From: Candidatus Bathyarchaeota archaeon
GTDB taxonomy: Archaea > Thermoproteota > Bathyarchaeia > Bathyarchaeales > Bathycorpusculaceae
Assembly (NCBI GenBank): GCA_963833575.1
Contig: CAWHXY010000008.1
Location: 128,001-192,000, forward strand
DNA length: 64,000 nucleotides
Direction of reading: 5' to 3'
The notes beneath the pieces are model-generated. The model was not told where the DNA came from, made no database searches, and was given only the letters and a program-made list of their open reading frames with translations. Of the stretch, positions 1-11,285 are shown one piece after another (position 1 is the stretch's first letter; each line of letters starts with the position of its first letter). Made by a program: the position numbers and the translations under genes.

Positions 1-1
1 A

Positions 2-250
2 AGCGCTGAAACTCTTTTCAAAATTCTCAGCGGCAACCTAACTCACGGTCACCCTAAAATGGAGTTTGTTCTTGTTAATAGTGTCGCAGGATTAATGGTT
101 GGTGGAAAAGCGGATGACTTTGAAAGCGGCATGGAGATAGCTCGAGAATCAATTGACAGCGGCGCTGCCTACAGAAAGTTTAAGACTTTGATTAAGGGTT
201 CAGGCGGAAATCTGCAGAAACTTGAGGAGTTGGAAGCAAAATATGACTGA
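2..250 (+). CDS. trpD: Anthranilate phosphoribosyltransferase, C-terminal part (5' end outside window)
   Basis: Frame open from base 2; C-terminal motif VLVNS..G...A.ESIDSGAA; overlaps trpC start. Confidence 0.85.
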   Translation, partial: SAETLFKILSGNLTHGHPKMEFVLVNSVAGLMVGGKADDFESGMEIARESIDSGAAYRKFKTLIKGSGGNLQKLEELEAKYD

Positions 251-1019
251 TTATCTTGACGTACTGGCTCGCGTTGCCCAAATTACCATTAATAGTGAAT
301 ATTATGAAAATCTAAAGCCAGCGGAAATCGTGCGGGTCAGTTTAAAGAAAGCAATTTTAGATTCCAAAGTTAACGCGGTTATCGCTGAAATTAAATCTGC
401 TTCGCCCTCTGCTGGACTAATCCGAAAAGACATTAACCCAAGTGTTATTGCAAAAGATATGCAAAAAGGCGGAGCAACAGCCTTATCGGTATTAACTGAA
501 CCAAAACAGTTCAGCGGATCCTTAGACGCTTTGGTTCAAACAAGAAAAGCAGTGAAGCTGCCCATCCTTATGAAGGACATAATCCTAAGCCCTCTACAAA
601 TTCAAGCGGCATCAAAACTCGGAGCCAACGCCGTCTTGCTAATTAAAGCCCTTTTTGATCGAGGGTACAGCGAGAAAAGTCTAGATGAAATGATAAATGG
701 GGCTCATCTACTTGGACTTGAAGTTTTGCTTGAAACCCACACCCTGTCTGAGTTTTGCTCTGTCTTGAAAACTGATGCTGATTTAATTGGAATAAATAAC
801 CGTAACCTGGCAACATTAAAAGTTGATTTGAACCAAACGAAAACAATCCTTTCGTCAATAAAACCTGAAGATAAAGTTATTGTTAGCGAAAGCGGAATGA
901 AAACGCCAAGCGACATACGTTTTCTCCGTGAAAGCGGTGCAGGTGCTTTCCTTATCGGATCAACGATAATGTCATCAGACAACGTTGAAGCGAAAGTTAG
1001 GGAGTTTGTGAATGCATAA
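243..1019 (+). CDS. trpC: Indole-3-glycerol phosphate synthase
   Basis: [31 protein letters not shown] and SESG motifs; ATG at 243. Confidence 0.95.
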   Translation: MTDYLDVLARVAQITINSEYYENLKPAEIVRVSLKKAILDSKVNAVIAEIKSASPSAGLIRKDINPSVIAKDMQKGGATALSVLTEPKQFSGSLDALVQTRKAVKLPILMKDIILSPLQIQAASKLGANAVLLIKALFDRGYSEKSLDEMINGAHLLGLEVLLETHTLSEFCSVLKTDADLIGINNRNLATLKVDLNQTKTILSSIKPEDKVIVSESGMKTPSDIRFLRESGAGAFLIGSTIMSSDNVEAKVREFVNA

Positions 1020-2215
1020 TGAAAATAACCAATTATCCAGTTGACGGAAAATATGGGAAGTATGGTGGTCGCTTTGTTCCAGAAGTTTTGATGACTGCAA
1101 TTAAAGAGTTGGAAGAAGCCTACAAAAAAGCCTGCAAAGACCCCAATTTCCAAAAGGAACTTGAATGTTACCTATCAGAATTTGTCGGAAGACCCACACC
1201 ACTCTACTATGCAGAAAACTTGACTTCTAAACTTGGTGGCGCGAAAATCTACCTTAAACGCGAAGACTTGGCCCATGGCGGCGCTCATAAAATTAACAAT
1301 ACAATCGGTCAAGCATTATTAGCGAAGCGAATGGGCAAAACCCGCATTATCGCTGAGACAGGAGCCGGCCAACACGGCGTAGCTACAGCCATAGCATGCG
1401 CAGTCTTAGGATTAAAAGCTGAAGTATATATGGGCACAGAAGACTGCCAGCGCCAACGTCTCAATGTGTTTCGCATGAAACTTCTAAATGCCCAAGTGCA
1501 CCCTGTGGAAACTGGCTCAAAAACACTCAAGGACTCAATAAACGAGGCTTTTAGGGACTGGGTTACAAACTTAGAGAACACATATTACTTAATCGGTTCA
1601 GTGGTTGGTCCTCATCCATACCCAATGATTGTTAGGGATTTCCAAAGTGTAATCGGCAAAGAACTCAAAGAACAATTCTACAAAAAAGAAGGCAAACTAC
1701 CTGATGCACTGGTTGCATGCGTTGGTGGCGGAAGCAATGCAATAGGTACGTTCTATCCTTTTGAAGATGATGAATCGGTTAACCTTTATGGTGTGGAAGC
1801 AGCTGGCGAAGGCATATCGACAGGTAAACATGCAGCATCTCTCGGAGCGGGAACAGAAGGCGTCTTCCACGGGATGCTAACCTATATCCTCCAAGACAGT
1901 AACGGACAAATTCAAAACACAAGCAGCGTATCAGCGGGTTTAGACTACCCTGGCGTTGGACCAGAACACTCCTTGCTTAAAACAATCAAAAGAGCACAAT
2001 ACGTTTCAGCCACAGACAAGGAAGCAGTAGACGCCTTCCTAATCTTGTCTAAAGCGGAAGGAATCTTGCCCGCGTTGGAATCCTCGCATGCAGTAGCTTA
2101 TGCTATGAAGTTAGCTGGGCAAATGAAGAGAACTCAATCAATCGTGGTCACCTTATCTGGGCGGGGGGACAAAGATGTTGAAACCATAGCCGATTACATT
2201 GGAGCGAAAATATGA
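1019..2215 (+). CDS. trpB: Tryptophan synthase beta chain
   Basis: [11 protein letters not shown] lysine, [32 protein letters not shown]. Confidence 0.98.
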   Translation: MKITNYPVDGKYGKYGGRFVPEVLMTAIKELEEAYKKACKDPNFQKELECYLSEFVGRPTPLYYAENLTSKLGGAKIYLKREDLAHGGAHKINNTIGQALLAKRMGKTRIIAETGAGQHGVATAIACAVLGLKAEVYMGTEDCQRQRLNVFRMKLLNAQVHPVETGSKTLKDSINEAFRDWVTNLENTYYLIGSVVGPHPYPMIVRDFQSVIGKELKEQFYKKEGKLPDALVACVGGGSNAIGTFYPFEDDESVNLYGVEAAGEGISTGKHAASLGAGTEGVFHGMLTYILQDSNGQIQNTSSVSAGLDYPGVGPEHSLLKTIKRAQYVSATDKEAVDAFLILSKAEGILPALESSHAVAYAMKLAGQMKRTQSIVVTLSGRGDKDVETIADYIGAKI

Positions 2216-3024
2216 ACGCTATAAAGGAAGCATTCGCAAGAGCCAAGGCTCATGGAAACGGAGCACTCATAGGTTATATCATGGCTGGTGACCCAAACCC
2301 AGAATTTACACCCAAAATTGCAGATGCCCTAATCAAGGGAGGCGTAGACATTTTAGAGCTTGGTCTTCCCTTCTCTGACCCAATTGCTGACGGACCAGCA
2401 ATTCAAGCTGCAGGCGTACGCGCCCTAGCCGCAGGAACAACACCATCTAAAGTGTTACAGCTTGCTAAGGAAATACGTCAAAGCCATGATGTGCCAATTG
2501 TAATAATGACATACTATAACCCAGTTTTCAGAATGGGGCTTGAGGCGTTCTTCAGTTTGGCTAAGGAATGCAAGATTGATGGCGTTATAGTTCCTGATTT
2601 GCCAGTTGAGGAAGCAGGTGACTACAAAAAAGTATCAAACAAATTTGGCATAGACACAATTTTTTTGGCGGCGCCTTCGACCTCCAACGAGAGAATAGCG
2701 AGCATCATAGCTTGTTCTTCAGGTTTTCTGTATCTCGTTTCCCATTTCGGAGTTACAGGAACAAAAGCGGAAATAGAGGATTCAACTATTCAGCTAATCA
2801 AACGTGTTTTGCCCCTCACCTCTGGAAAAATTCCTTTAGCGGTTGGATTTGGGGTCTCAAAGGCCAACCATGTTAAGCAGATCATTTTGGCAGGGGCGGA
2901 CGGAGTAATTGTTGGAACCGCATTTATCAACATAGTCCAAACACATCAAAAAAACATCAACGTTCTCCTAAAAGAACTGCAAGCAACCACATTTCACCTA
3001 AAGAGAGCAACAAAAAATCATTGA
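2212..3024 (+). CDS. trpA: Tryptophan synthase alpha chain
   Basis: [30 protein letters not shown]; ATGA overlap with trpB. Confidence 0.97.
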   Translation: MNAIKEAFARAKAHGNGALIGYIMAGDPNPEFTPKIADALIKGGVDILELGLPFSDPIADGPAIQAAGVRALAAGTTPSKVLQLAKEIRQSHDVPIVIMTYYNPVFRMGLEAFFSLAKECKIDGVIVPDLPVEEAGDYKKVSNKFGIDTIFLAAPSTSNERIASIIACSSGFLYLVSHFGVTGTKAEIEDSTIQLIKRVLPLTSGKIPLAVGFGVSKANHVKQIILAGADGVIVGTAFINIVQTHQKNINVLLKELQATTFHLKRATKNH

Positions 3025-3622
3025 ATTATTCATTTGAATTTGAAATTTATCAGATTAGCTTTGGATCTTCGGAGTTTTTATTATGGATGTTCACCACAAA
3101 TGCATATGGCTTGCATCTATTATCAGAAAAAATTACAGCGACAAGTAACGTGATATTATTTGTATTCATAGTGTAACAAGAGTTTATTGAATTTCAAAGC
3201 GTAGATAGGTATGAACCTTTTAGCTCATGTTGAGAGTAAGGCAATTTAATTCGGCTAATTTGTGTTGTCAAGTGTCATTTCTATTAGTTGAATTTCTTCA
3301 GTGATTTGAACTTCTTCTTTTTTCAACCTTGTTAGCTGTCTTTGTTTTGATTCCCTGTCATTGCTTCTTAGTATTTTTATCATTTTTGACATTTTACCAC
3401 CCCTAGTGTATATCGAATCGTGATAGTTACTACTATATTAAGCATTGCTGTTTGGTAAACTAACCGTATAAGTGAAGGACACAACTACACTTTCTAAAAC
3501 AAATTGGCTTTCTGCATTTGTGTAGCACACAAGGACACGTAGATCACTTATCAGAAATACTTATTAGTGCTATATAATATCGCAATATATAAGATATAAA
3601 AAATTATCAAAAGAACTTTAGA

Positions 3623-4468
3623 GTGAACAAAAAAATGAAAATCAAACAAAAACTCCTCCTTTCATACCTAATTATAATAGCCCTTTTTGTTGCAGCAGGT
3701 GCAACAATTACATATAATGCAATGCAAATGAATGAACTGCAAAAAAACGTGAAGCAGCAACAAGAGATAAACGACAACGCGTATAACTATCAACAAGGAC
3801 TTGACGAAAAACAGTTTGGCACCCTGATGTTCAGCACAGACCAACTACAAGAAGGCGAACGAATTGTTGTAGCTAGCGCAGACCAGCAAGCAACATCACA
3901 AACTTATCTATCAAAAGCCTTAAGCGCAAACACTGACCTTATCACCCAGTTTAATGATGTAATCGCGATAGACAATAACACAATTAACCCAGCAATCAGA
4001 CAAATAGTGCAAATATACAATAGCGATCTTAACTCTACTGCAAAATACCCTCAAATTTGGGACCAAATGACTGGTGTTATGAATGCGACAAATGTAGCTG
4101 ACCTTAAACTCGCTGCAATTAGAACAGACACCCAAGCGAACGTGCAAAACGCTGTTGCTACCTCCCAAAACTACTCTAACTTGAGCATCATCATCGCAGT
4201 TGTATTCATTCTTATCATAAGTGTAACTTCAGTGGCGTTGTCAATAGTAATGGGTAACCGTATCACTAACCCACTCAAAAAACTCGCAAACATCGCTGAC
4301 AAAGTAACCCAAGGAGATCTGGACCAAAGATATTACCTTAAACAAAATACGGACGCCAAAAACAGAGACGAAATAGATGACCTTGCTGACTCCTTCAAGA
4401 AAATGATAAATGCCTTCAGAATGCAAGATGCATTACTCAAAGAAGATGAAGGTACTGGCGCAAAATGA
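3623..4468 (+). CDS. Membrane sensor with extracellular helical domain and HAMP domain, no output domain
   Basis: N-terminal TM, second TM, then ITNPLKKLA...GDL...DEIDDLADSF HAMP signature ending about 15 aa before the stop; alternative ATG at 3635. Confidence 0.8.
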   Translation: MNKKMKIKQKLLLSYLIIIALFVAAGATITYNAMQMNELQKNVKQQQEINDNAYNYQQGLDEKQFGTLMFSTDQLQEGERIVVASADQQATSQTYLSKALSANTDLITQFNDVIAIDNNTINPAIRQIVQIYNSDLNSTAKYPQIWDQMTGVMNATNVADLKLAAIRTDTQANVQNAVATSQNYSNLSIIIAVVFILIISVTSVALSIVMGNRITNPLKKLANIADKVTQGDLDQRYYLKQNTDAKNRDEIDDLADSFKKMINAFRMQDALLKEDEGTGAK

Positions 4469-4689
4469 CTTTAGAACATGATTGTATAACAGTACTTACG
4501 AAACAAATGGGTCCAGCCGCCAAAGTTTTTTTAGACCGTCAATGTCGGCATCATTTAAGAAAAGAAGCATCTGAACTTCAGAAAGATGATCTTCCTGAAC
4601 TTGCAAAATTATGCTTCAACGGTGCTCAGACAGCGCTTGGGGTAGTAGCGGCCGAGAGCATAAAAAAAGGTATTCTGGCAATAGAGTAG
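4465..4689 (+). CDS. Small hypothetical protein coupled to the HAMP gene
   Basis: ATGA overlap; 74 aa helical protein with MGPAAKVFLDRQC motif; T-rich tract after the stop. Confidence 0.75.
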   Translation: MTLEHDCITVLTKQMGPAAKVFLDRQCRHHLRKEASELQKDDLPELAKLCFNGAQTALGVVAAESIKKGILAIE

Positions 4690-4819
4690 CCTCCAAAATT
4701 TTTTTCTTTTTGTTGATTTCTAAAAAAGAATCTCGAATATTATTGGTTTATAGCATTTATTTTGTTATAGGTGGTGAGAGTATCAGATTTTCGTTAACAA
4801 AGAAGTGACTTTCTAAAAA

Positions 4820-6004
4820 CTATTTAGCACTTAATTTGACTACGGGTTTTATTATTACTAATGATCCCTCTTTAACCGCCAATTCTTGGCGAATCGACTT
4901 AGGAATTTGAATTCGTCCTTTTCCTTCAAATTTTGAATCCTTTATGAATTTGAACTTACAATGAACAGATTTACCCAAAAGTATATCGTTTATTATTACC
5001 TCTTCAACTTCTCTATCGTCGTAAAACTCTTTCCATCTTTCGATCAAGCTATAATCGAAACGTACCATGTCACTTGCCATTAGACTACTAAAACTGGAGA
5101 GATCCTCAACTATTAATTGACAGGCGGGTGAATCATGTGAAAATTCTATTTTGTAATTCTTTCTTTCAACTTGCTCTTTCGTAGTGCTTTTTGGGGCCTC
5201 TTCTGCTGATTCATTGTCCGTTAGGGGTTTTATGAGAACCTTTGCTCCTTTTTTTATTTGTAAAGTTCGTTGCATCATTTCGGGAATTAAGACTACATTT
5301 CGTAGTTCGCTGTTTGACTCCTTTATTTCTTCAAATTTGCACTCGATGGTTTTTCCCGTGTTCGCTACTTTTAGCATTATTTTATGAATTTTGTTTACTC
5401 CGTAAAGTTCGGTCCAATGACCAATTATTATCAGGTCTAAGCGCACAATGTTATGAGAAGATGTTATCATATCTAATCTGCCAGTATTGTCCACTGCAAA
5501 TTCAGCGAATTCTGAACTTGTAAGCTTCGACTCTAAAGTTTCGCTTTGTTCGGAACTCAGTTTTGACTTGATTTCAACCGTTGGCTTTTGTTTAAGATTC
5601 ATCTGAGGAATTAATTCTATGGATTGATGTTCATTTAGTTCTGCGGTTTCTTTAGGTGGGTTAAGTATGAAGGGAGCCAAAACCTGCGTTAATTTATTGA
5701 TCGTTTCGTTTGTGGCTTCTTTGGACGCAACTGTAGTTAAGAAGTAATCGTTAATGCGGGTAATGTCTACTCTTCCGTTTGTGCTTTGGATGGTCATTGC
5801 CTGTATTCCACCTACAATTTTGGCTTTTTTGTTTATCTCTTCAAAAGCTTCGATTATTTTGTTTCCCTTTTCATCTTTTTCGTACTCATCTGAGACAAGA
5901 ATTTTGCCTTTTTTGAAAAAGAAAGCTTTTGATACGTCTTTGTTGGAGTTTCTTGTTTCTTGTAATGCCTTGGTTAACGCGAAATCGTTCGTGTTTTCAT
6001 CCAT
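4820..6004 (-). CDS. Hypothetical protein: roadblock-like N-terminus plus two tandem beta-barrel-like repeats
   Basis: 394 aa ORF; internal duplication VR.D...I..W.E.Y ... GK...CKF..IK.S ... IP...L..K.G..V.IKP. Confidence 0.7.
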   Translation of the reverse strand: MDENTNDFALTKALQETRNSNKDVSKAFFFKKGKILVSDEYEKDEKGNKIIEAFEEINKKAKIVGGIQAMTIQSTNGRVDITRINDYFLTTVASKEATNETINKLTQVLAPFILNPPKETAELNEHQSIELIPQMNLKQKPTVEIKSKLSSEQSETLESKLTSSEFAEFAVDNTGRLDMITSSHNIVRLDLIIIGHWTELYGVNKIHKIMLKVANTGKTIECKFEEIKESNSELRNVVLIPEMMQRTLQIKKGAKVLIKPLTDNESAEEAPKSTTKEQVERKNYKIEFSHDSPACQLIVEDLSSFSSLMASDMVRFDYSLIERWKEFYDDREVEEVIINDILLGKSVHCKFKFIKDSKFEGKGRIQIPKSIRQELAVKEGSLVIIKPVVKLSAK

Positions 6005-6219
6005 TTATTTAGATTCTCCCATTTTCCACTTTGAGCGCCTGTGACGTGTAGCGTTTAGCAAGTATTAATACATACTATTGATATGAATTATAAAAACATT
6101 GCCTTTACCCCCTGGCTTTTGAATTTGTGCAAGTGCTGAAACAGATGGGGTCAAAAAGAAGCCTGTAACATTTGTTAATATATGCGATACACTCTTTTGG
6201 GTGCACTGTTGATCAAAGA

Positions 6220-6573
6220 ATTAAGGAAAAAGAACGTTCACGTAACCCGGCTCCTTCAAGTGGAAAAAACTTTGCTTCACTGCTGAAAACCTTAACCTTA
6301 CAACAAGATTCTGCAGAGTCATATGCATGCCCCTGATGTTTAACAAAAATTGTTGAAGAATGACAGAAGTTAACAAAGAACCTGAAAAGCCCCCAGGGAT
6401 TAGGTGTTCCTAATGAAAACCCAAATAAAGATACTGGAGAATCGATTGCCTGCAACTACCCCCTTGGTTATTTAGAGGCAAGGGAGGCAGATCAAATTCC
6501 TGATGAATGTTGCGTTTGCAAAGATATTGTTGAATACATGCCTAAAAAATGGAAATGCAATTTTGATAAGTGA
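6220..6573 (+). pseudogene. Decayed Cys-rich zinc-binding protein, paralog of 6816-7160
   Basis: Manual translation gives LKTLTLQQDS..YACP*CL..EE* ... CNYPLGYL....QIPDECCVCKDIVE; two in-frame TGA and no clear start. Confidence 0.65.
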
Positions 6574-6815
6574 GAACCACCTTTTCTCAACTCATTTTAG
6601 GCTTTTTTGTCAAGCTTAAAGCAAGACCACTTTCTATTCTTCCTGTTCCGACAATAATTTGTATTTTCAAAATATCAGCCTCACCATATTCGGTTAACTT
6701 AACTGTTAAAGAGTCTGTTTTTGAAACACTAAAACTTTGGATTCACGCTATCGCTAAGATTAATGAAGCTCCTGCAAGAATTCTGCAAAAACTGGAAATG
6801 ATACAGACAAAGCAG

Positions 6816-7160
6816 TTATTTTTTGATCATACAATCAATTATTTCTGGGCATAACATACATTCGTCAGGGATTTGCTGTTTTCGTTCTTTCTCTCTTAGG
6901 TAGCCAAAATGGTATTTACAGTTGGATGACTTTTCTTGGGTTTGAACAGGCTTTTCCTCTTCGGCTTCAGTTTCAGGAGTAGCTGTATTTTCCAGTTGTT
7001 TTTTACTCTTAGTTTCAGTAACAGGTATTTCTTCTAAACAATAAGGGCATGTGTTATGAGGTATTTTTGAATCTTTTTGCAGATTTAATGTCTTTAGTGG
7101 TTTATCAAAAACTTTATTGCACGCCTTGTTAGGGCAAGTTATTGTCGTTTCCTCTTCCGT
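6816..7160 (-). CDS. Double zinc-binding-motif protein, 114 aa, first codon ACG (not in ORF track)
   Basis: Open frame TEEETTITCPNKACNKVFDKPLKTLNLQ..TCPYCL ... CKYHFGYL...QIPDECMLCPEIIDCM; GGGGT 8 nt upstream of the ACG, in-frame TAA directly before it. Confidence 0.7.
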   Translation of the reverse strand, partial: TEEETTITCPNKACNKVFDKPLKTLNLQKDSKIPHNTCPYCLEEIPVTETKSKKQLENTATPETEAEEEKPVQTQEKSSNCKYHFGYLREKERKQQIPDECMLCPEIIDCMIKK

Positions 7161-7333
7161 TTAATTTGACCCCCGAAAGACTTCCTTAATATTCAGCATT
7201 AATATGCAATATTAATATTTAATACTTACTATAACTCACACAAAAACATATTCTGTAGTATTGTTAGACACAAGCTTCGTCATACAACATTTCCAAAAGG
7301 ATTATCAACGCAGAGTAAAGAAAGAAAACAGGA

Positions 7334-7786
7334 ATGAAGCCTAAGAAAAAACTTTGTTGTTTCTTGCTCATTCTGTGCCTTTCAGTAGTTTTTGTTGGGA
7401 CTGTTAATGCGACCACAGAAAGTCTCAATATCGAGGCTGGAAAAGATTATGTTTGCAAAATAGGCCTCGTATCCGAAGACAAAATTCACTTGACTTTCGT
7501 AACTATAGGCCAAACATCATGTTTTTCAATAGTGTTTCCAAACTCAACGGTTTTGAACCTCGGAGAGACTGATCAATACTCCACCAGTTTTACTTCAGAC
7601 ACAACAGGAACATGCGAACTGCACTTTTGCAACACTAATTCATCAGAATCCTCACTTGTTTCCCTAAACTATGATGTAGAGCATTATATTCTTGGAATAC
7701 CTGAAATGATATTCCTTCTATTAGCCATAGCAGTTCTTTTGATGTTCATCTTAACAGGTTACGTCGTAATGGGCAAATATACGTAA
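7334..7786 (+). CDS. Secreted single-pass membrane protein, beta-sandwich, possibly p24/GOLD-like
   Basis: Signal peptide, beta-rich core with SFT.DTTG.C.L.F.N pattern, C-terminal TM. Confidence 0.65.
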   Translation: MKPKKKLCCFLLILCLSVVFVGTVNATTESLNIEAGKDYVCKIGLVSEDKIHLTFVTIGQTSCFSIVFPNSTVLNLGETDQYSTSFTSDTTGTCELHFCNTNSSESSLVSLNYDVEHYILGIPEMIFLLLAIAVLLMFILTGYVVMGKYT

Positions 7787-8666
7787 TTTGAAAAAATGAG
7801 TACGATAGCATTAACAGTGAAGAGCAAAAAAGGAAAAACATTTGAAAGTAACTTACAAATTAGTTTGTATGAAGCTGAGCCAGACCTGTAAAGTTTGTTA
7901 TTTTAAAGATGATATTCTCGGGGCCTTTTGGTCTCATGTAAGTAACTGTAACATAAACCGTATTCATGCTAAAGTCAAAGTTTCATAAGTGGAAAATGAA
8001 TCTTCAGTTTGGCGCTCATACAGTTTACTTTGAGCTCATCGATGAAAACATCAAAGCCTTTTTCGTCGTAGCGGCAGTATTGGGAAAATTTTTTCTTTAA
8101 GATCAGTCGCAAAAAACACGGCTTCTTGAGTTGGCTTTTCAGCCCTTTAGGTGATAATCCGAGTCTCTATAATCTTTGAAGTATTATCGAAAATTTTGTT
8201 TTATCTTTTCTTCGCATTAATTTTAAAAGAGTCTTTAACAAAGGCTTCTTCAACTACCTCAAAAACTAAATCTTTTCTGTCTAATGGACTCCAGAGTTCT
8301 TTTTGAAAACTGTTAGCTTCAGAAATTTTTTGTGTCCTCGTTTTGCATTCCTGAAACAAAGTTGTATAATTTTGAGAACTAAAGATTTATGAAGCTATAA
8401 TCAATATTATTTGATCAACGCATTATCTTTGGTTTTGCTTATGGCTAACTCAATGGATCTACAGAAATTTTAGCGTTATCTTGATCACAGTTTTTGATTT
8501 TTTGATGAAGGTTGAACTATAAAGATCGTGCAGCGCTTGTGGCGAAATCATTGGTAGGGATTAAGAAATGCAAAGACTATAATCTAATATATTGAAGCGA
8601 GCAAGTAATGGAGATACATTTATTAATTTTCCTTATTCTAAGTGCGGAAAAGGTCCACCTAATAGA

Positions 8667-8903
8667 ATGAATAAGAAGAATTCAGATCAAAGGTTGCCGT
8701 TGGTTGTTTGCGAATGCGGCTTCAAAATACTTATAGTTCCAGATTTGGATGAAATGGTACGCAGTATTGAAAATCATGCTGCAACACATGAGAAAGACGA
8801 GACTGAACGGGAAAAGGCGGTAGCGGAGCATTGTCGAATAGAAGAACTGTTAACCCAAAGAGTCATTATAGCAATTACCAAAAAAAATCCAAATCAGCAT
8901 TAA
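8667..8903 (+). CDS. Small CxC...Hx3H zinc-finger-like protein
   Basis: CECGFKILIVPDLDEMVRSIENHAATH; ATG at 8667; paralog at 9675. Confidence 0.6.
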   Translation: MNKKNSDQRLPLVVCECGFKILIVPDLDEMVRSIENHAATHEKDETEREKAVAEHCRIEELLTQRVIIAITKKNPNQH

Positions 8904-9105
8904 TAAAAACATTGCATGGTTTCTCCTTAGGCCATTTTGTAAGATAGATAGCTATGTCAAGCAAATTTTGAAATCATTTAATTATCAGTTGATAACAGAT
9001 CCGGAGATTGAAGCTGTTCTTACAAAATCAGTCTGCAACTTCAAGACTCAAATCGCAAACCTTTATATATAAAAATGTCGGAAGTTTATTCAAAGGTTTC
9101 AGAAT

Positions 9106-9372
9106 ATGCCATACAGTACACTGAAGCTGTACATTGACATAATTAAGACGTTAACCGAGCGCGGTCCATTGAGTATTCATGAATTGGCATCATTTTTAAA
9201 AGTCAAGCCCACAACGTTGAAGGCCCCTATTAGCTTCTTTACCGATCAAGCGATGATTAAGGAAAAAAACAACAACTCGATTGTGACTTACGTGACCACT
9301 AAACGTGGTACTCAAACTCTAAGATTTTTTAAGATTCAACCCTTACTAAAAGCAAGAATAGATGAGCCCTGA
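9106..9372 (+). CDS. Winged helix-turn-helix protein
   Basis: IIKTL..RGPLSIHELA...Y.TTKRG...L pattern; TATA-like TTTATATAT upstream. Confidence 0.7.
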   Translation: MPYSTLKLYIDIIKTLTERGPLSIHELASFLKVKPTTLKAPISFFTDQAMIKEKNNNSIVTYVTTKRGTQTLRFFKIQPLLKARIDEP

Positions 9373-9674
9373 TTCTAAGATTACGTTTAAACAGCTTCAT
9401 CCTCATATATCTTGCAGCGCGTGAGGTTTTTCCTAAAATTGTCAAAAATGATTTTTGGTAAAAGTGATTATTTTCAATGCAATGGGTTCCCGAGATTGTA
9501 AAGTCATATCTATCTTTTTGCTCCTTGTCCATTGAGAATTATCCAGAGAAGCGGTAATAACAAAATTGTTAATTTGAATTCACCTAGCTTGGTGAAGCCT
9601 AACGAACAAAACAGAGAACTGTGCTTCTTAAAAACCGTTATTTATCATAGAAGCATGCTCTTAGAACTATTCAG

Positions 9675-9905
9675 GTGATAAAAATAAAAGAACAAAAAAA
9701 CAAAATACAAACTCAAGAGTTGTCCGAAGAAACAAATAAAGAGAATCCCTTTTTTCATTGTACTTGTGGAACCAAAATTTCAATTGTTTCAAATATGTAT
9801 TTGATGAGCAAAATCATAAACCGTCACTTAATAGAGCATAGACGGGTATATGGACCTGACGAAATTTTAACAGAAATAATAAAAGCTCTTTATGCTCAAG
9901 TCTGA
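9675..9905 (+). CDS. Small CxC...Hx3H zinc-finger-like protein
   Basis: CTCGTKISIVSNMYLMSKIINRHLIEH, same spacing as the 8667 protein. Confidence 0.55.
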   Translation: MIKIKEQKNKIQTQELSEETNKENPFFHCTCGTKISIVSNMYLMSKIINRHLIEHRRVYGPDEILTEIIKALYAQV

Positions 9906-10235
9906 CTTAGGCAAACTACATGACAAATAGTCAAAATAAGGTAGCAGGTTCTATGATTTCAGGAATTTCGGAAATGTGCTGAGCTGAAAGAAACCGGAGA
10001 GATAATTAGTGAAGATATCAATCGAAATCTTCCTGAAATTGTCGAGAAAATCGAAGCAATGATTTATCTTATGAAAGAACTTTTGCTCAAAAATGAGACA
10101 AAAGAAACAAGAAATGAGATTGTTGCTTTCTCATCCAACATTTGACTTTTGGTCAAAAAATTTTTTGAATACGATTTTAGCTTGTCAAAACTCCTTTGAG
10201 AACTTGATAACACGTTCACGAAATATTAAAAGATC

Positions 10236-10466
10236 TCAAAATTTTTGGAGTTTTGTTATTTCCTCTTTAAGTTCATCTATCTGCATCTGCATTTTAGCTC
10301 GTTCCTCAACGCTTTCTTCATCAAGCGTACATACATACAATGACAAACCTACAAACAATCCGGCGCCTATTAACGATTGAAGGGAAACTGAGATTATGTT
10401 TCCCCATAACAAATTGAAAACCCATAGCAATGTATAGATTGAAGCGGCCAATATTGCAATTTGCAT
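10236..10466 (-). CDS. Small two-TM membrane protein with coiled-coil tail
   Basis: Two hydrophobic stretches then QMQIDELKEEITKLQ. Confidence 0.45.
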   Translation of the reverse strand: MQIAILAASIYTLLWVFNLLWGNIISVSLQSLIGAGLFVGLSLYVCTLDEESVEERAKMQMQIDELKEEITKLQKF

Positions 10467-10721
10467 GATAAGTTCTATTTGAGCTGTTTCATTTTTAAAA
10501 CTTGTTAGAATCTACTGACAAAAGAATAAACTTAGAAAAGCGATGTTATATGTTTCAAATTTAATCAATTCGACATCAAAATTACAGTGAAATAAAGACA
10601 CTTCTTGGATGAACAAAAACTCTCTTTTCTTAAGTATTCCGATAAGAATAAAAACCCAAATCTACAATTAACTTAATAAGCGTAATTTTTTGTTTCTAAA
10701 GGCTGGAATAGAGGTGATTTT

Positions 10722-11051
10722 TTGAAAAAATTTATGATTTTATACATGGCATCAGTATCCGCGGAAGTGCAGATGAACGTGAGTCCAGAAGAGATGAAAA
10801 AAGGAATGGAACCTTGGATGGCTTGGTACAAGAAATGTGGAAAAGCAATCGTTGATCAGGGAGCTCCACTGGGAAAGAGCGAATGTTTAGACAAGAAGGG
10901 AAGCGCCAAGAACCTGATACAGGTAACAGGGTATACTATTGTTCAGGCAAAGGATATTGTTGCTGCGAAAGCCATGGTCACTAATCATCCACATTTAATG
11001 ATGCCAAAGGCAAGTATTGAAGTCCTTGAAATCATGCCAATGACAGTGTAA
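10722..11051 (+). CDS. YciI/DGPF-like dimeric alpha-beta barrel protein
   Basis: KFMILY..W.AW...G.PL...VTGYTIVQA..HPHL...IEV; GAGGTGA Shine-Dalgarno. Confidence 0.8.
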   Translation: MKKFMILYMASVSAEVQMNVSPEEMKKGMEPWMAWYKKCGKAIVDQGAPLGKSECLDKKGSAKNLIQVTGYTIVQAKDIVAAKAMVTNHPHLMMPKASIEVLEIMPMTV

Positions 11052-11285
11052 AATTGCTAGACAAGAATCTTCTCGATTTTTTACTCTAAAATTTTTTCCT
11101 TAGATCTGTCGTTTTTTGTGTGAGCAGTTGAAGTGATATTTTAAAGTGCGGCCTGCAATACTATCAAGCAAGTGCTATGTAACGAGACTAACGAGGCATT
11201 ATGAACAACCATATAATATTCTGATTATCGAAATACGCCTTAAAAGCTGAAAAATGATAAAAGTTTCACTGGGAAATAGACAGAT

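Noticed and set aside
222-3024. No trpF between trpC and trpB
   Set aside because: Gene order in archaeal trp clusters varies and the operon starts outside the window.
6334-6363. In-frame TGA codons as selenocysteine
   Set aside because: They align with non-Cys positions of the intact paralog (CPYC versus CP*C), and other Cys ligands are also lost, which indicates decay.
7960-8350. Possible decayed gene fragments on the minus strand
   Set aside because: Multiple stops and frameshifts; too degraded to assign a family.
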